A stretch of 37,963 nucleotides of DNA from a virus (lineage: Duplodnaviria; Heunggongvirae; Uroviricota; Caudoviricetes): positions 64,001-101,963 of the IMG/VR virus record IMGVR_UViG_3300010347_002503. One strand, written 5' to 3'. Shown piece by piece: positions 18,945-26,007 of this stretch. A model generated the notes under the pieces. The model was given only the letters and a program-made list of their open reading frames with translations, did not search any database and was not told the DNA's origin. A program made the position numbers and the translations under genes. Each line of letters starts with the position of its first letter. Position 1 is the stretch's first letter.

Positions 18945-19310
18945 ATTAAAATCAGATCGGGTTTCATATCGAACAGTAGTTCTTCATCTTTCGTTTGCAT
19001 TGGATATAAGCTTACTCCTTTGATCAAAACGGCGTTGGAAGAAAAATATCCAAAACAGAAGTCCGAAGATGACGGTACCACGGAAGATGATTGGGAATGG
19101 CTTGATAGAATAGCCTATGAAGTTCTCGATCTGGACGTAATTGACTTAGATGGACAATATCTCATCGGAGTGTCATTAACTGATGGCGACGATTATATGG
19201 TAGATGGTGAATACACCATGAAGGAAATCGAAGAAGTCATTGAAAAACTCAAACAAATTGTGGGTGAAAAATTCCCGGTGAAACTCTACATAGGCACCCG
19301 CCCCTCTTAA
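18945..19310 (+). CDS. SNSSS-leader protein, copy 7, with ATT at the start-codon position
   Basis: ATT AAA ATC AGA TCG GGT TTC ATA TCG AAC AGT AGT TCT TCA TCT TTC GTT = (I/M)KIRSGFISNSSSSSFV, in frame with track ORF 19020-19310; in-frame TAA at 18939-18941 excludes a longer upstream start. Confidence 0.7.
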   Translation: MKIRSGFISNSSSSSFVCIGYKLTPLIKTALEEKYPKQKSEDDGTTEDDWEWLDRIAYEVLDLDVIDLDGQYLIGVSLTDGDDYMVDGEYTMKEIEEVIEKLKQIVGEKFPVKLYIGTRPS

Positions 19311-19313
19311 ATT

Positions 19314-19627
19314 ATGAAACTACGCACAGGATTCGTATCAAACAGTTCGTCAAGTTCGTTTGTGTTCTTGGCGTGACCATTGACGATGAAATGGAAAACA
19401 AAATTGAAGCTATTCCTTCTTCGAAACGAGAACAAAATCGGCTTCAAATATGTTACGCTATTTCTGGTGGAGAGTGGAAATGTGTAGGTATTTCCGCCGC
19501 CGATATGGCCGACAATGAAACCCCCGGTCAACTCAAACAAGAAATCGTCAAGCTCTTGAAGGATGCTGGTATTGATGTCAAAGTAAAAGATGTTCATTGG
19601 ATTATGGATGGTGGCTACGACGGTTAA
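19314..19627 (+). pseudogene. SNSSS-leader protein, copy 8, split by a 1-nt frameshift (leader ORF 19314-19376, body ORF 19373-19627)
   Basis: ATG 19314 encodes MKLRTGFVSNSSSSSFVFLA*; the -1 frame continues VLGVTIDDEMENK...; could be a pseudogene, an assembly error or a functional split gene. Confidence 0.65.
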
Positions 19628-19633
19628 AAACTG

Positions 19634-19661
19634 TTGACAAGCGTCCATCGTTTGATATACT
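19634..19661 (+). promoter_or_regulatory. sigma70-like promoter (TTGACA-N16-TATACT, TGn extended -10)
   Basis: Hexamers at 19634-19639 and 19656-19661, inside the array upstream of copies 9-10. Confidence 0.65.
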
Positions 19662-19675
19662 GGCATTGTTATTCT

Positions 19676-19738
19676 ATGAAATTGGTGAGGAAAAATTGGC
19701 CCGAGAAACTGCCCATCTATTGGGACTGGAAAGATTAA
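19676..19738 (+). CDS. Putative 20-aa Trp-rich micro-ORF (MKLVRKNWPEKLPIYWDWKD)
   Basis: Fills the gap between the promoter and copy 9; stop TAA lies 1 nt before ATG 19740. Confidence 0.4.
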   Translation: MKLVRKNWPEKLPIYWDWKD

Positions 19739-19739
19739 T

Positions 19740-20360
19740 ATGAAAACTAGAAATGGATTCGTTAGCAATAGTTCTAGTTCGTCCTTCGTAATTGGTCTTC
19801 CCAAACGACCAAAAACATGGGAAGAACTTCACGTTACCCTTTTCGGAGATATGATCGACCGAGAATTTCATCCGAGTTGGTTAAAGATAACAGAGAAGGC
19901 GCATAATACGGTATTTTCAACTTCCCACGAGATCGCCAAAAACATTTTCAATCAAATAGAGGATCAGGACTCTGTTCAAGACTCTATTTTAGCAAGGATT
20001 TGCGATCCCGATTCGTATCCCAAGCTTCCATTCTGGGATGATATTAAGAAGGGGCGACTTCTGAAAAGAATGAAAAACCGATACGCAATCGAATATCCTT
20101 ACTGTATCTCTCCAACCAATCGTTTTTGGAAACAAATTCAAAAAATCAACAACCGTGTACGTGCTAATTACGACACCAAAGTAGCAAAACTGCGAAAAGC
20201 AAAATGGGCTAAGATCGCACCAAAGTTCAAGGGCCTTAAGAAGTTTGTTATCATGACGCAAACAGACGGTGGTCCCAATAGCAAAATTCTTCTCATTATG
20301 GAGGATTGTTGGAACGAAATAGTTAAGAAAGTTAAAAGTGTCAAGCTCACAGGACATTGA
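19740..20360 (+). CDS. SNSSS-leader protein, copy 9
   Basis: MKTRNGFVSNSSSSSFVIGLPKRPKTWEELHVTLFG; body similar to copy 10. Confidence 0.85.
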   Translation: MKTRNGFVSNSSSSSFVIGLPKRPKTWEELHVTLFGDMIDREFHPSWLKITEKAHNTVFSTSHEIAKNIFNQIEDQDSVQDSILARICDPDSYPKLPFWDDIKKGRLLKRMKNRYAIEYPYCISPTNRFWKQIQKINNRVRANYDTKVAKLRKAKWAKIAPKFKGLKKFVIMTQTDGGPNSKILLIMEDCWNEIVKKVKSVKLTGH

Positions 20361-20363
20361 TTT

Positions 20364-20945
20364 ATGAAACTTAGAAACGGATTCGTATCAAATAGCTCAA
20401 GCTCATCCTTTATTATTGGTTTTGACAGCAAACCACGGAACGTAGAACAGCTTCGAAAAATATTATTCCCTAACAATGAAGGGGTTTCTTATCCATTTGG
20501 AGGACACGAGGATGTGCCCGCAGAAATAGCGGCACAAAAAGTTTGGGATCAAATTAAGAACCAACGTCCCCTTTCCAAATCCAAACTCCCCGAAAAACTT
20601 AATTCAGGGTGGTTCAGTGAAAAACCAGAATATTGCTTTGATGGTCCTCATCGAAATATCGAACAAGAATATCGTAGTTTGACAGGGAAAAGTATTCAGG
20701 ACGAAGATACTCCTCGTGAATGGCGAGAGAAGTGGAATATAGCATGGCATAAGCATCGTGAAGAGTATCAAAAGAATTGTATCAATGCCGCAAAAAGATT
20801 GGCAAGGGAACTTTTGAATGGTAAATTTCAAGGTAAAAAACTCTATGTGTGTTCCTTTTCGGATAACGATGGAATGTATGGTGCCGTACTGGAACACGGT
20901 GGAACGTTCAAAGAAATTCCACACGTTCAGATTTCGCATCATTAA
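20364..20945 (+). CDS. SNSSS-leader protein, copy 10
   Basis: MKLRNGFVSNSSSSSFIIGFDSKPRNVEQLRKILFP; ends QISHH. Confidence 0.85.
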   Translation: MKLRNGFVSNSSSSSFIIGFDSKPRNVEQLRKILFPNNEGVSYPFGGHEDVPAEIAAQKVWDQIKNQRPLSKSKLPEKLNSGWFSEKPEYCFDGPHRNIEQEYRSLTGKSIQDEDTPREWREKWNIAWHKHREEYQKNCINAAKRLARELLNGKFQGKKLYVCSFSDNDGMYGAVLEHGGTFKEIPHVQISHH

Positions 20946-20949
20946 CCAT

Positions 20950-20977
20950 TTGACTTTGGGATGGAAATCTGTATAAT
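20950..20977 (+). promoter_or_regulatory. sigma70-like promoter (TTGACT-N16-TATAAT); predicted leaderless mRNA
   Basis: Near-consensus hexamers; A of ATG 20984 is 7 nt after the -10 box. Confidence 0.7.
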
Positions 20978-20983
20978 ACATGC

Positions 20984-22153
20984 ATGGATTTGACGTGGCT
21001 CACAACCAATACTATCTTTTTGACACTCCACGGTTCGCAGGCGTATGGCCTTGCAAATGAACTATCTGACGTGGATGTGAAGGGTATTTGTGTTCCGCCA
21101 CGGAAAGTCGAAACTGACTTGTTCCAGCGGTTTGAACAAGCAGAAAACAACAAGTCCGTGGAAGAGAAGTACTCCTCGTGGAAGAACCCGAAGAACCCCA
21201 AGTTCGAATCGGTCATCTATTCCTTGAGGAAGTTTTTCTTACTCGCCGCCAATGTTAATCCAAACATCATTGAGTTGCTCTGGACGGATCCGAGTACGTG
21301 GTTAGAACACTCTGAATGGTCTGCTCGGTTACACGAGAAGCGTAAGATGTTTCTTTCGACGAAGGCAAAGTTCACATTCTCCGGTTACGCAATGGCGCAA
21401 GTGAAGAAGATCGAGCGTCATCGTAAGTGGATTGTTCAAGGCGAGCTTGCTCCCCCGAAGCGTGAGGATTTTGGACTCCCGCCTGTTATGTCTCGTGGCG
21501 TCGAAGAAATCTTCGGTTACATCAAAGCAAAGGTAGAACAATGGAACTTTAACCAGTTCCCACTGGAAGAGTCTAGTCGTGCCGACTTGAAGGAACTTAT
21601 CTGGGAACTTGTTTATGAGTTGTCCAACAAGAATGTTTCATGGGACACTTGGCCCGACGCATATGCTGCGGGTGCCATCCACAAAATGGAGTCAGAACTT
21701 GACCTCCGTGAGGAAGTCATCACTCTAATCAACGCCGAGAGGGCATATTTTAAGGCTAAGAAGAATTATGAGAGTTGGCTCCGTTGGAAGGCAGAGCGTA
21801 ATCCTGCTCGACGTGAATTGGAAATCAAGAGTGGCTACGACACAAAGCACGCCTCTCACTTGATGCGTCTCATGAGAATGGGGCACGAAATCATGACGTT
21901 GGGTCGGGTTATCGTCAAGCGTCCAGACTGGGAAGAACTTTTGTTCATCAAGAACGGCGGTTGGAGTTACGAAAGAGTCATGGAAGAGGCAGAGCGTATG
22001 CAAAAACAACTCGACGAACTCTACAAAAACATGGAAGCAGATCGTAAAGCAGGTAAAACCGTCATTCTTCCAAAAGAGGTGAATTTTTCGGAACTCAATA
22101 CATTCTATCATCAACTTAGCGAAGATTACCTCTCTCATCAATGGGAGGGGTAG
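20984..22153 (+). CDS. DNA polymerase-beta-superfamily nucleotidyltransferase (RlaP/YcgL-like)
   Basis: LHGSQAYGL...SDVDVKG (GS...DxD), ANVNPNIIELLW, GYDTKHASHLMRL. Confidence 0.85.
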   Translation: MDLTWLTTNTIFLTLHGSQAYGLANELSDVDVKGICVPPRKVETDLFQRFEQAENNKSVEEKYSSWKNPKNPKFESVIYSLRKFFLLAANVNPNIIELLWTDPSTWLEHSEWSARLHEKRKMFLSTKAKFTFSGYAMAQVKKIERHRKWIVQGELAPPKREDFGLPPVMSRGVEEIFGYIKAKVEQWNFNQFPLEESSRADLKELIWELVYELSNKNVSWDTWPDAYAAGAIHKMESELDLREEVITLINAERAYFKAKKNYESWLRWKAERNPARRELEIKSGYDTKHASHLMRLMRMGHEIMTLGRVIVKRPDWEELLFIKNGGWSYERVMEEAERMQKQLDELYKNMEADRKAGKTVILPKEVNFSELNTFYHQLSEDYLSHQWEG

Positions 22154-22163
22154 TCTCTTTTTT

Positions 22164-22430
22164 ATGATTAAAACAACAGATTTTATTACCGATGAGGCGA
22201 AGCGTGCTGCCGAAGCAGAAGCGTTAGGTGCATTATTGGATACTTTTGTAAAAGAAGTCGGTACTAAAATTTTCACAAAACTTCAAGCCGGATACACCGG
22301 ATGGGATGACCCAAAAATAGAGGAAGAACTCAAGCGAAAACTCTTGACTAACTTCCAAAAGGGTGATATGGTTGACGTTGCAGCATGTGCCATGTTCCTG
22401 TGGAATTTGCACGACAAGAAACCAATATGA
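22164..22430 (+). CDS. Small hypothetical protein
   Basis: 88-aa ORF in operon; GYTGWDD...DMVDVAACAMFLW. Confidence 0.7.
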   Translation: MIKTTDFITDEAKRAAEAEALGALLDTFVKEVGTKIFTKLQAGYTGWDDPKIEEELKRKLLTNFQKGDMVDVAACAMFLWNLHDKKPI

Positions 22431-22903
22431 GTTACGAGACCGACGTACCAGAATACGCCATTCACGATGATAAAAGAGTCTGTGGATTTTTTGGCCTATT
22501 TTGGTTCCTTTCCAATTTTTTCCCTGCCAAAGTTCATTACGAAGGGCTTGATTATCCTTCGGTAGAACACGCTTATCAAGCGGCAAAATGGCCACCACAT
22601 AAGCGTTCTGAATTTACAATGATTACGGCGGATCAAGCTAAGAAGCTTGGCAGAGCGGCCAAAATAGATAAGAAAGAATGGGACGCCAAAAAATACAACA
22701 TTATGGCGATGCTAGTTCTTCAAAAATTTTTAATGAATCAGCCTCTCAAGGAAATGCTTCTCGCTACCGAAGATGTTTACCTTGAGGAAAGAAATCATTG
22801 GGGAGACGTTTATTGGGGGGTAAATGAAGACGGCGAAGGTGAAAACAATCTTGGACGTATCCTAATGGGCGTCCGTGAAACCATAAGAAAAAACAAACTA
22901 TGA
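22427..22903 (+). CDS. NADAR (YbiA/DUF1768-like) hydrolase
   Basis: FLSNF, YPSVEHAYQAAK, KF..N..LKEMLLAT, LEE....D.YWG, GENNLGRILM; ATGA overlap fixes the start at 22427. Confidence 0.9.
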   Translation: MSYETDVPEYAIHDDKRVCGFFGLFWFLSNFFPAKVHYEGLDYPSVEHAYQAAKWPPHKRSEFTMITADQAKKLGRAAKIDKKEWDAKKYNIMAMLVLQKFLMNQPLKEMLLATEDVYLEERNHWGDVYWGVNEDGEGENNLGRILMGVRETIRKNKL

Positions 22904-23370
22904 ATAAAATCGCATTGGAAGAAGTTCAAAATGTTCTGGAACAATACAAAGTTAAAGACACCGAAGCTATCATGAAGGATCTTGAACAGATTCTTGCCGA
23001 ATTGAAAGCCGAGAAGGAAGCCGAGAAGGAAGAAAAACCTGCCTATGAAACGTTAGTAATTCTTCATGATCCTTCTGGAAAGTTGATTAACGACAAGGCC
23101 GATGAATTTGTTTCAGCTTTCGTGGTCCAACAAGAAGAAGGTCAAGATGCCGGAACCATTCTTTCTCGCATCGCCGATGCTGCCAAGACCCAAAACGAAT
23201 CAGCTAAACGAAAGAATGCTCGATTGCAAAACATGCGGGAAATCTTTGATGGTCTTAAGCCGAAATACCTCAAAGAGAAAAAGATTAAGATTAAGACCAA
23301 GGAACCCGTACGTGTTTTGTTGACTACCGGAAAATTGGGAAACCTTGAACCAGTCAAGGATACTGAATGA
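22900..23370 (+). CDS. Hypothetical protein
   Basis: 156-aa ORF coupled on both sides by ATGA overlaps. Confidence 0.75.
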   Translation: MNKIALEEVQNVLEQYKVKDTEAIMKDLEQILAELKAEKEAEKEEKPAYETLVILHDPSGKLINDKADEFVSAFVVQQEEGQDAGTILSRIADAAKTQNESAKRKNARLQNMREIFDGLKPKYLKEKKIKIKTKEPVRVLLTTGKLGNLEPVKDTE

Positions 23371-24068
23371 TCCTTAAAGGTGATTGCATAAAAGTAATGC
23401 AGGAAAAGGTTCCTAGCGAAAGCGTGGACCTCTGCATTACTTCCCCGCCGTACAAAGAATGTGATGGATGGACCGAAGAATTGATGCGGGGAGCGTTTCG
23501 GGAAGTGTACAGGGTATTGCGACCCAATACCCTGTTCTTTCTAAATTTCGGCCATTTAGCTGAGGACAAGTTCCGCCCATTTCGAACTTGTGAAATAGCC
23601 TTAGACATGGGATTTCGACTTAACGATACCATCGTTTGGAAGAAGAATCATTACAAGCCCATTCAGGGTGAAAAAAGACTGAACAACCTTACGGAGTTCA
23701 TTTTTCTATTGTATAAAGGAGAAATGCCGAGACTTGACAGATTGGCCATTGGTGTTCCGTACGTAGATATTAGCAATGCTAAGCGGTTTGCTGGTGGACG
23801 AAACTTGAAGTGTCGTGGGAATCTCTGGGAAATTGATTATCCAACAATCAATTCCAGTGAAGAAAAACCACATCCCGATATGTTTCCTCCAGAGTTACCA
23901 AGATTGTGCATCCAACTTTGTGGTTATCCAGTAAAGGTTGTTTTAGACCCGTTCTGTGGATCTGGAACTACGTGTTTAGTAGCGAAAGAACTTAAGAAAG
24001 AATTTATCGGCATTGAAAAGAATCCGGAAATTTTTAGGGAACTAGAATTGGTCGTTCAATCAAGTTAG
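23367..24068 (+). CDS. Beta-class amino DNA methyltransferase (probably N4-cytosine), no cognate restriction enzyme adjacent
   Basis: Catalytic TSPPY precedes SAM-binding VLDPFCGSGTT; HPDMFP; FIGIE. Confidence 0.88.
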   Translation: MILKGDCIKVMQEKVPSESVDLCITSPPYKECDGWTEELMRGAFREVYRVLRPNTLFFLNFGHLAEDKFRPFRTCEIALDMGFRLNDTIVWKKNHYKPIQGEKRLNNLTEFIFLLYKGEMPRLDRLAIGVPYVDISNAKRFAGGRNLKCRGNLWEIDYPTINSSEEKPHPDMFPPELPRLCIQLCGYPVKVVLDPFCGSGTTCLVAKELKKEFIGIEKNPEIFRELELVVQSS

Positions 24069-24243
24069 ACTCCCTAATTTCCGCTTTCATTTTTTTGAAA
24101 CACTCGGGGCATATTCCGTGGCTGTCTCCTTGTCCATCGAAATACCCCATATCTTTTTTACACCAAGCACAAATTTTGCGTCCTTCGGAAATAACTTCCG
24201 AAAGACATTCTCTAATTAATGCTTTCAGTTCGTTTTGCTTCAT
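24034..24243 (-). CDS. Small Zn-finger protein with MKQNELK... head-protein-like N-terminus
   Basis: CAWC...HGICPEC; N-terminus MKQNELKALIRECLSEVISE. Confidence 0.7.
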   Translation of the reverse strand: MKQNELKALIRECLSEVISEGRKICAWCKKDMGYFDGQGDSHGICPECFKKMKAEIRESNLIERPILVP

Positions 24244-24247
24244 TCGG

Positions 24248-24712
24248 CTAATGGTTTAGAGGCATGTTGTGGTTCTTATTCGGAGTAGCAACTGGGTCAG
24301 ATACTTTGTAATATCTCGTAATCTTGTGGCGAATGTCATCGAAAAGAACCCCAAGCTGTTGTTTTCGAACATAACATTCTCGTGCCAGTTTTTGAAGTTG
24401 CTGAACCTTCTTTGTAGTTTCCTGAAAGTCCTGTTTAATGATGTTTTCCTGAAACACGTCGCCACCTTCATTCACGGCATACATTTCGGCTAATTTTATA
24501 AATTCTCCGATTGCCTGAGCAGCATCCATGATAGCCTGCTCACCTTCAAATGCTTTACCGTATTCAATAAACATCGATGCCATCTCCTTGAGTTGTTTCT
24601 TCATTTCAGGAGTCATGGTATCTTGTTGTGGCTGTCCCATCTTGTTGGGAATAGAAGTCATATTCTCAACAATTGTCTTAAGTGAAAGTTCAGTTGTCTT
24701 GGGTAGATTCAT
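24248..24712 (-). CDS. Hypothetical helical protein
   Basis: ORF preceded by a sense-strand TATTTATA box; start at 24712 or 24718. Confidence 0.7.
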   Translation of the reverse strand: MNLPKTTELSLKTIVENMTSIPNKMGQPQQDTMTPEMKKQLKEMASMFIEYGKAFEGEQAIMDAAQAIGEFIKLAEMYAVNEGGDVFQENIIKQDFQETTKKVQQLQKLARECYVRKQQLGVLFDDIRHKITRYYKVSDPVATPNKNHNMPLNH

Positions 24713-24717
24713 ACGCA

Positions 24718-24725
24718 TATAAATA
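24718..24725 (-). promoter_or_regulatory. TATTTATA box (minus strand)
   Basis: Plus strand TATAAATA directly upstream of a minus-strand gene. Confidence 0.5.
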
Positions 24726-24741
24726 GTTTGAATTTTTCGAT

Positions 24742-25047
24742 TTAGCTTCTTTCCTTGTCAATTTCCGGTTGAGAATAATGGTCAAAGTAATCAATGATTT
24801 GATCAAATTCTCGGAATAGCCGAATTCCTTTTCCGTCTTCCTCTACCACAAAACACTCGCCTTGTGGCATTTTCTTTTTATAAATTTTTATAGACGGGTC
24901 TTTGAGAGACATCACATAATCCCCATCAAATTCAAAGCCCATTGTCTTTAAGTAGTCAACGTCAGTGAACTTCCAATCATCAATATTGATGAGTTTGGAT
25001 TTTTTCTCTTCGGCTACGGTATGAAGAATTTCGCTGAGCCTAATCAT
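24742..25047 (-). CDS. Hypothetical protein
   Basis: 101-aa ORF, MIRLSEILHTVAEE N-terminus. Confidence 0.7.
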   Translation of the reverse strand: MIRLSEILHTVAEEKKSKLINIDDWKFTDVDYLKTMGFEFDGDYVMSLKDPSIKIYKKKMPQGECFVVEEDGKGIRLFREFDQIIDYFDHYSQPEIDKERS

Positions 25048-25048
25048 A

Positions 25049-25756
25049 TTATGCTTTAGTTCGGTAAACGGCCTGTAGAAAGTTGGTTAGAATTTCCGAA
25101 CCTTCTTGGTCATCAATTGGAATTGATTTGATGATTTTGATTTCATCTCCTTCTACATCAGTTTCAATTTCTCGAAGCTGAGGTTGTGCTGGTTGTTTAC
25201 CTTCCGGTTTTTGCGGCGGTGTTTCGGTAGGCGATTCCTTTGGCAAATCTTCACCTCCACGAACTTTGACCAGTGCTGTATAAACAAACTTTCCAGTTGG
25301 TTCACGAAGTTTCTTCACGACAATCGTACTATTGTTTGTAAAATCATCGGATTTACTATATTGAACTTTGAACCTGTCATGTGCTACTGGTTTGATTTCA
25401 AAATTCTGAATAGCTTGATTTTCTTTTGGTGTAAATTCAAACCCACGATACATTTTGAGAGTATCGTTGAAATCCCCATGAAAAGTTTTTGTGCTGGCAA
25501 TAACATTGATAGATTGTTCGTTTTCTTCTTGAAGGTGGCCTTGTCCAACAAGATTTTTAAGAACTTTAAGAATACGTCGTTTTGCTGAAATCCCACATTC
25601 TTGAAGCCCACATTCTTGCATCAAGAAATCTCTTACGTCCGATGGGTCCATTTCATCGGCAGCTTTTCCCGCTTTTCCGGATTTCGGAATTTTTCCTTTT
25701 TGCATGGCATAAACCACATGCATGAACCTACGTTGGCGATCAGATGTTGACGGCAT
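25049..25756 (-). CDS. Hypothetical protein with DUF3008-like N-terminus
   Basis: MPSTSDRQRRFM..V.A.QKG...KAA.EM...DVRDF resembles the recalled DUF3008 pattern. Confidence 0.65.
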   Translation of the reverse strand: MPSTSDRQRRFMHVVYAMQKGKIPKSGKAGKAADEMDPSDVRDFLMQECGLQECGISAKRRILKVLKNLVGQGHLQEENEQSINVIASTKTFHGDFNDTLKMYRGFEFTPKENQAIQNFEIKPVAHDRFKVQYSKSDDFTNNSTIVVKKLREPTGKFVYTALVKVRGGEDLPKESPTETPPQKPEGKQPAQPQLREIETDVEGDEIKIIKSIPIDDQEGSEILTNFLQAVYRTKA

Positions 25757-25780
25757 ATTTCTATTTTTTAGGACTTCTTG

Positions 25781-25788
25781 TATAAATA
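25781..25788 (-). promoter_or_regulatory. TATTTATA box (minus strand)
   Basis: 24 nt upstream of the minus-strand ATG at 25756. Confidence 0.5.
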
Positions 25789-25868
25789 GCTTTTCTTTAT
25801 AGTAGAAACGCTTGTTTTTGAGTTTTGTTCAATCTCCTAAGCCATCGTCCCTTCGAAAACCAATTTTC

Positions 25869-25910
25869 TATAAATATTTTGATGTTTTGAAAAAAGTAAA
25901 CATATTTATA
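25869..25910. promoter_or_regulatory. Back-to-back TATTTATA boxes (minus 25869-25876; plus 25903-25910), divergent promoter region
   Basis: Lies between the divergent minus-strand block and the scaffold/capsid operon. Confidence 0.5.
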
Positions 25911-26007
25911 TTTCAGAAATGCAGCTTCTTCTATAAGCCGCCACACTAACAAAGTGTAATCTTCATTGGACTTCTAATAAGTTCAGAACCGTAAGGAACA
26001 ATTAAAT

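Noticed and set aside
15090-20945. Array leader as a DNA-level repeat (CRISPR, integron attC, shufflon or DGR cassette)
   Set aside because: Copies differ at most synonymous positions, with no identical repeats, inverted repeats, recombinase or reverse transcriptase nearby; conservation is at the amino-acid level.
25911-26007. Possible structured RNA in the ~97-nt scaffold leader
   Set aside because: Only short, weak hairpins (ACACT/AGTGT, ACTT/AAGT) that could arise by chance in AT-rich DNA.
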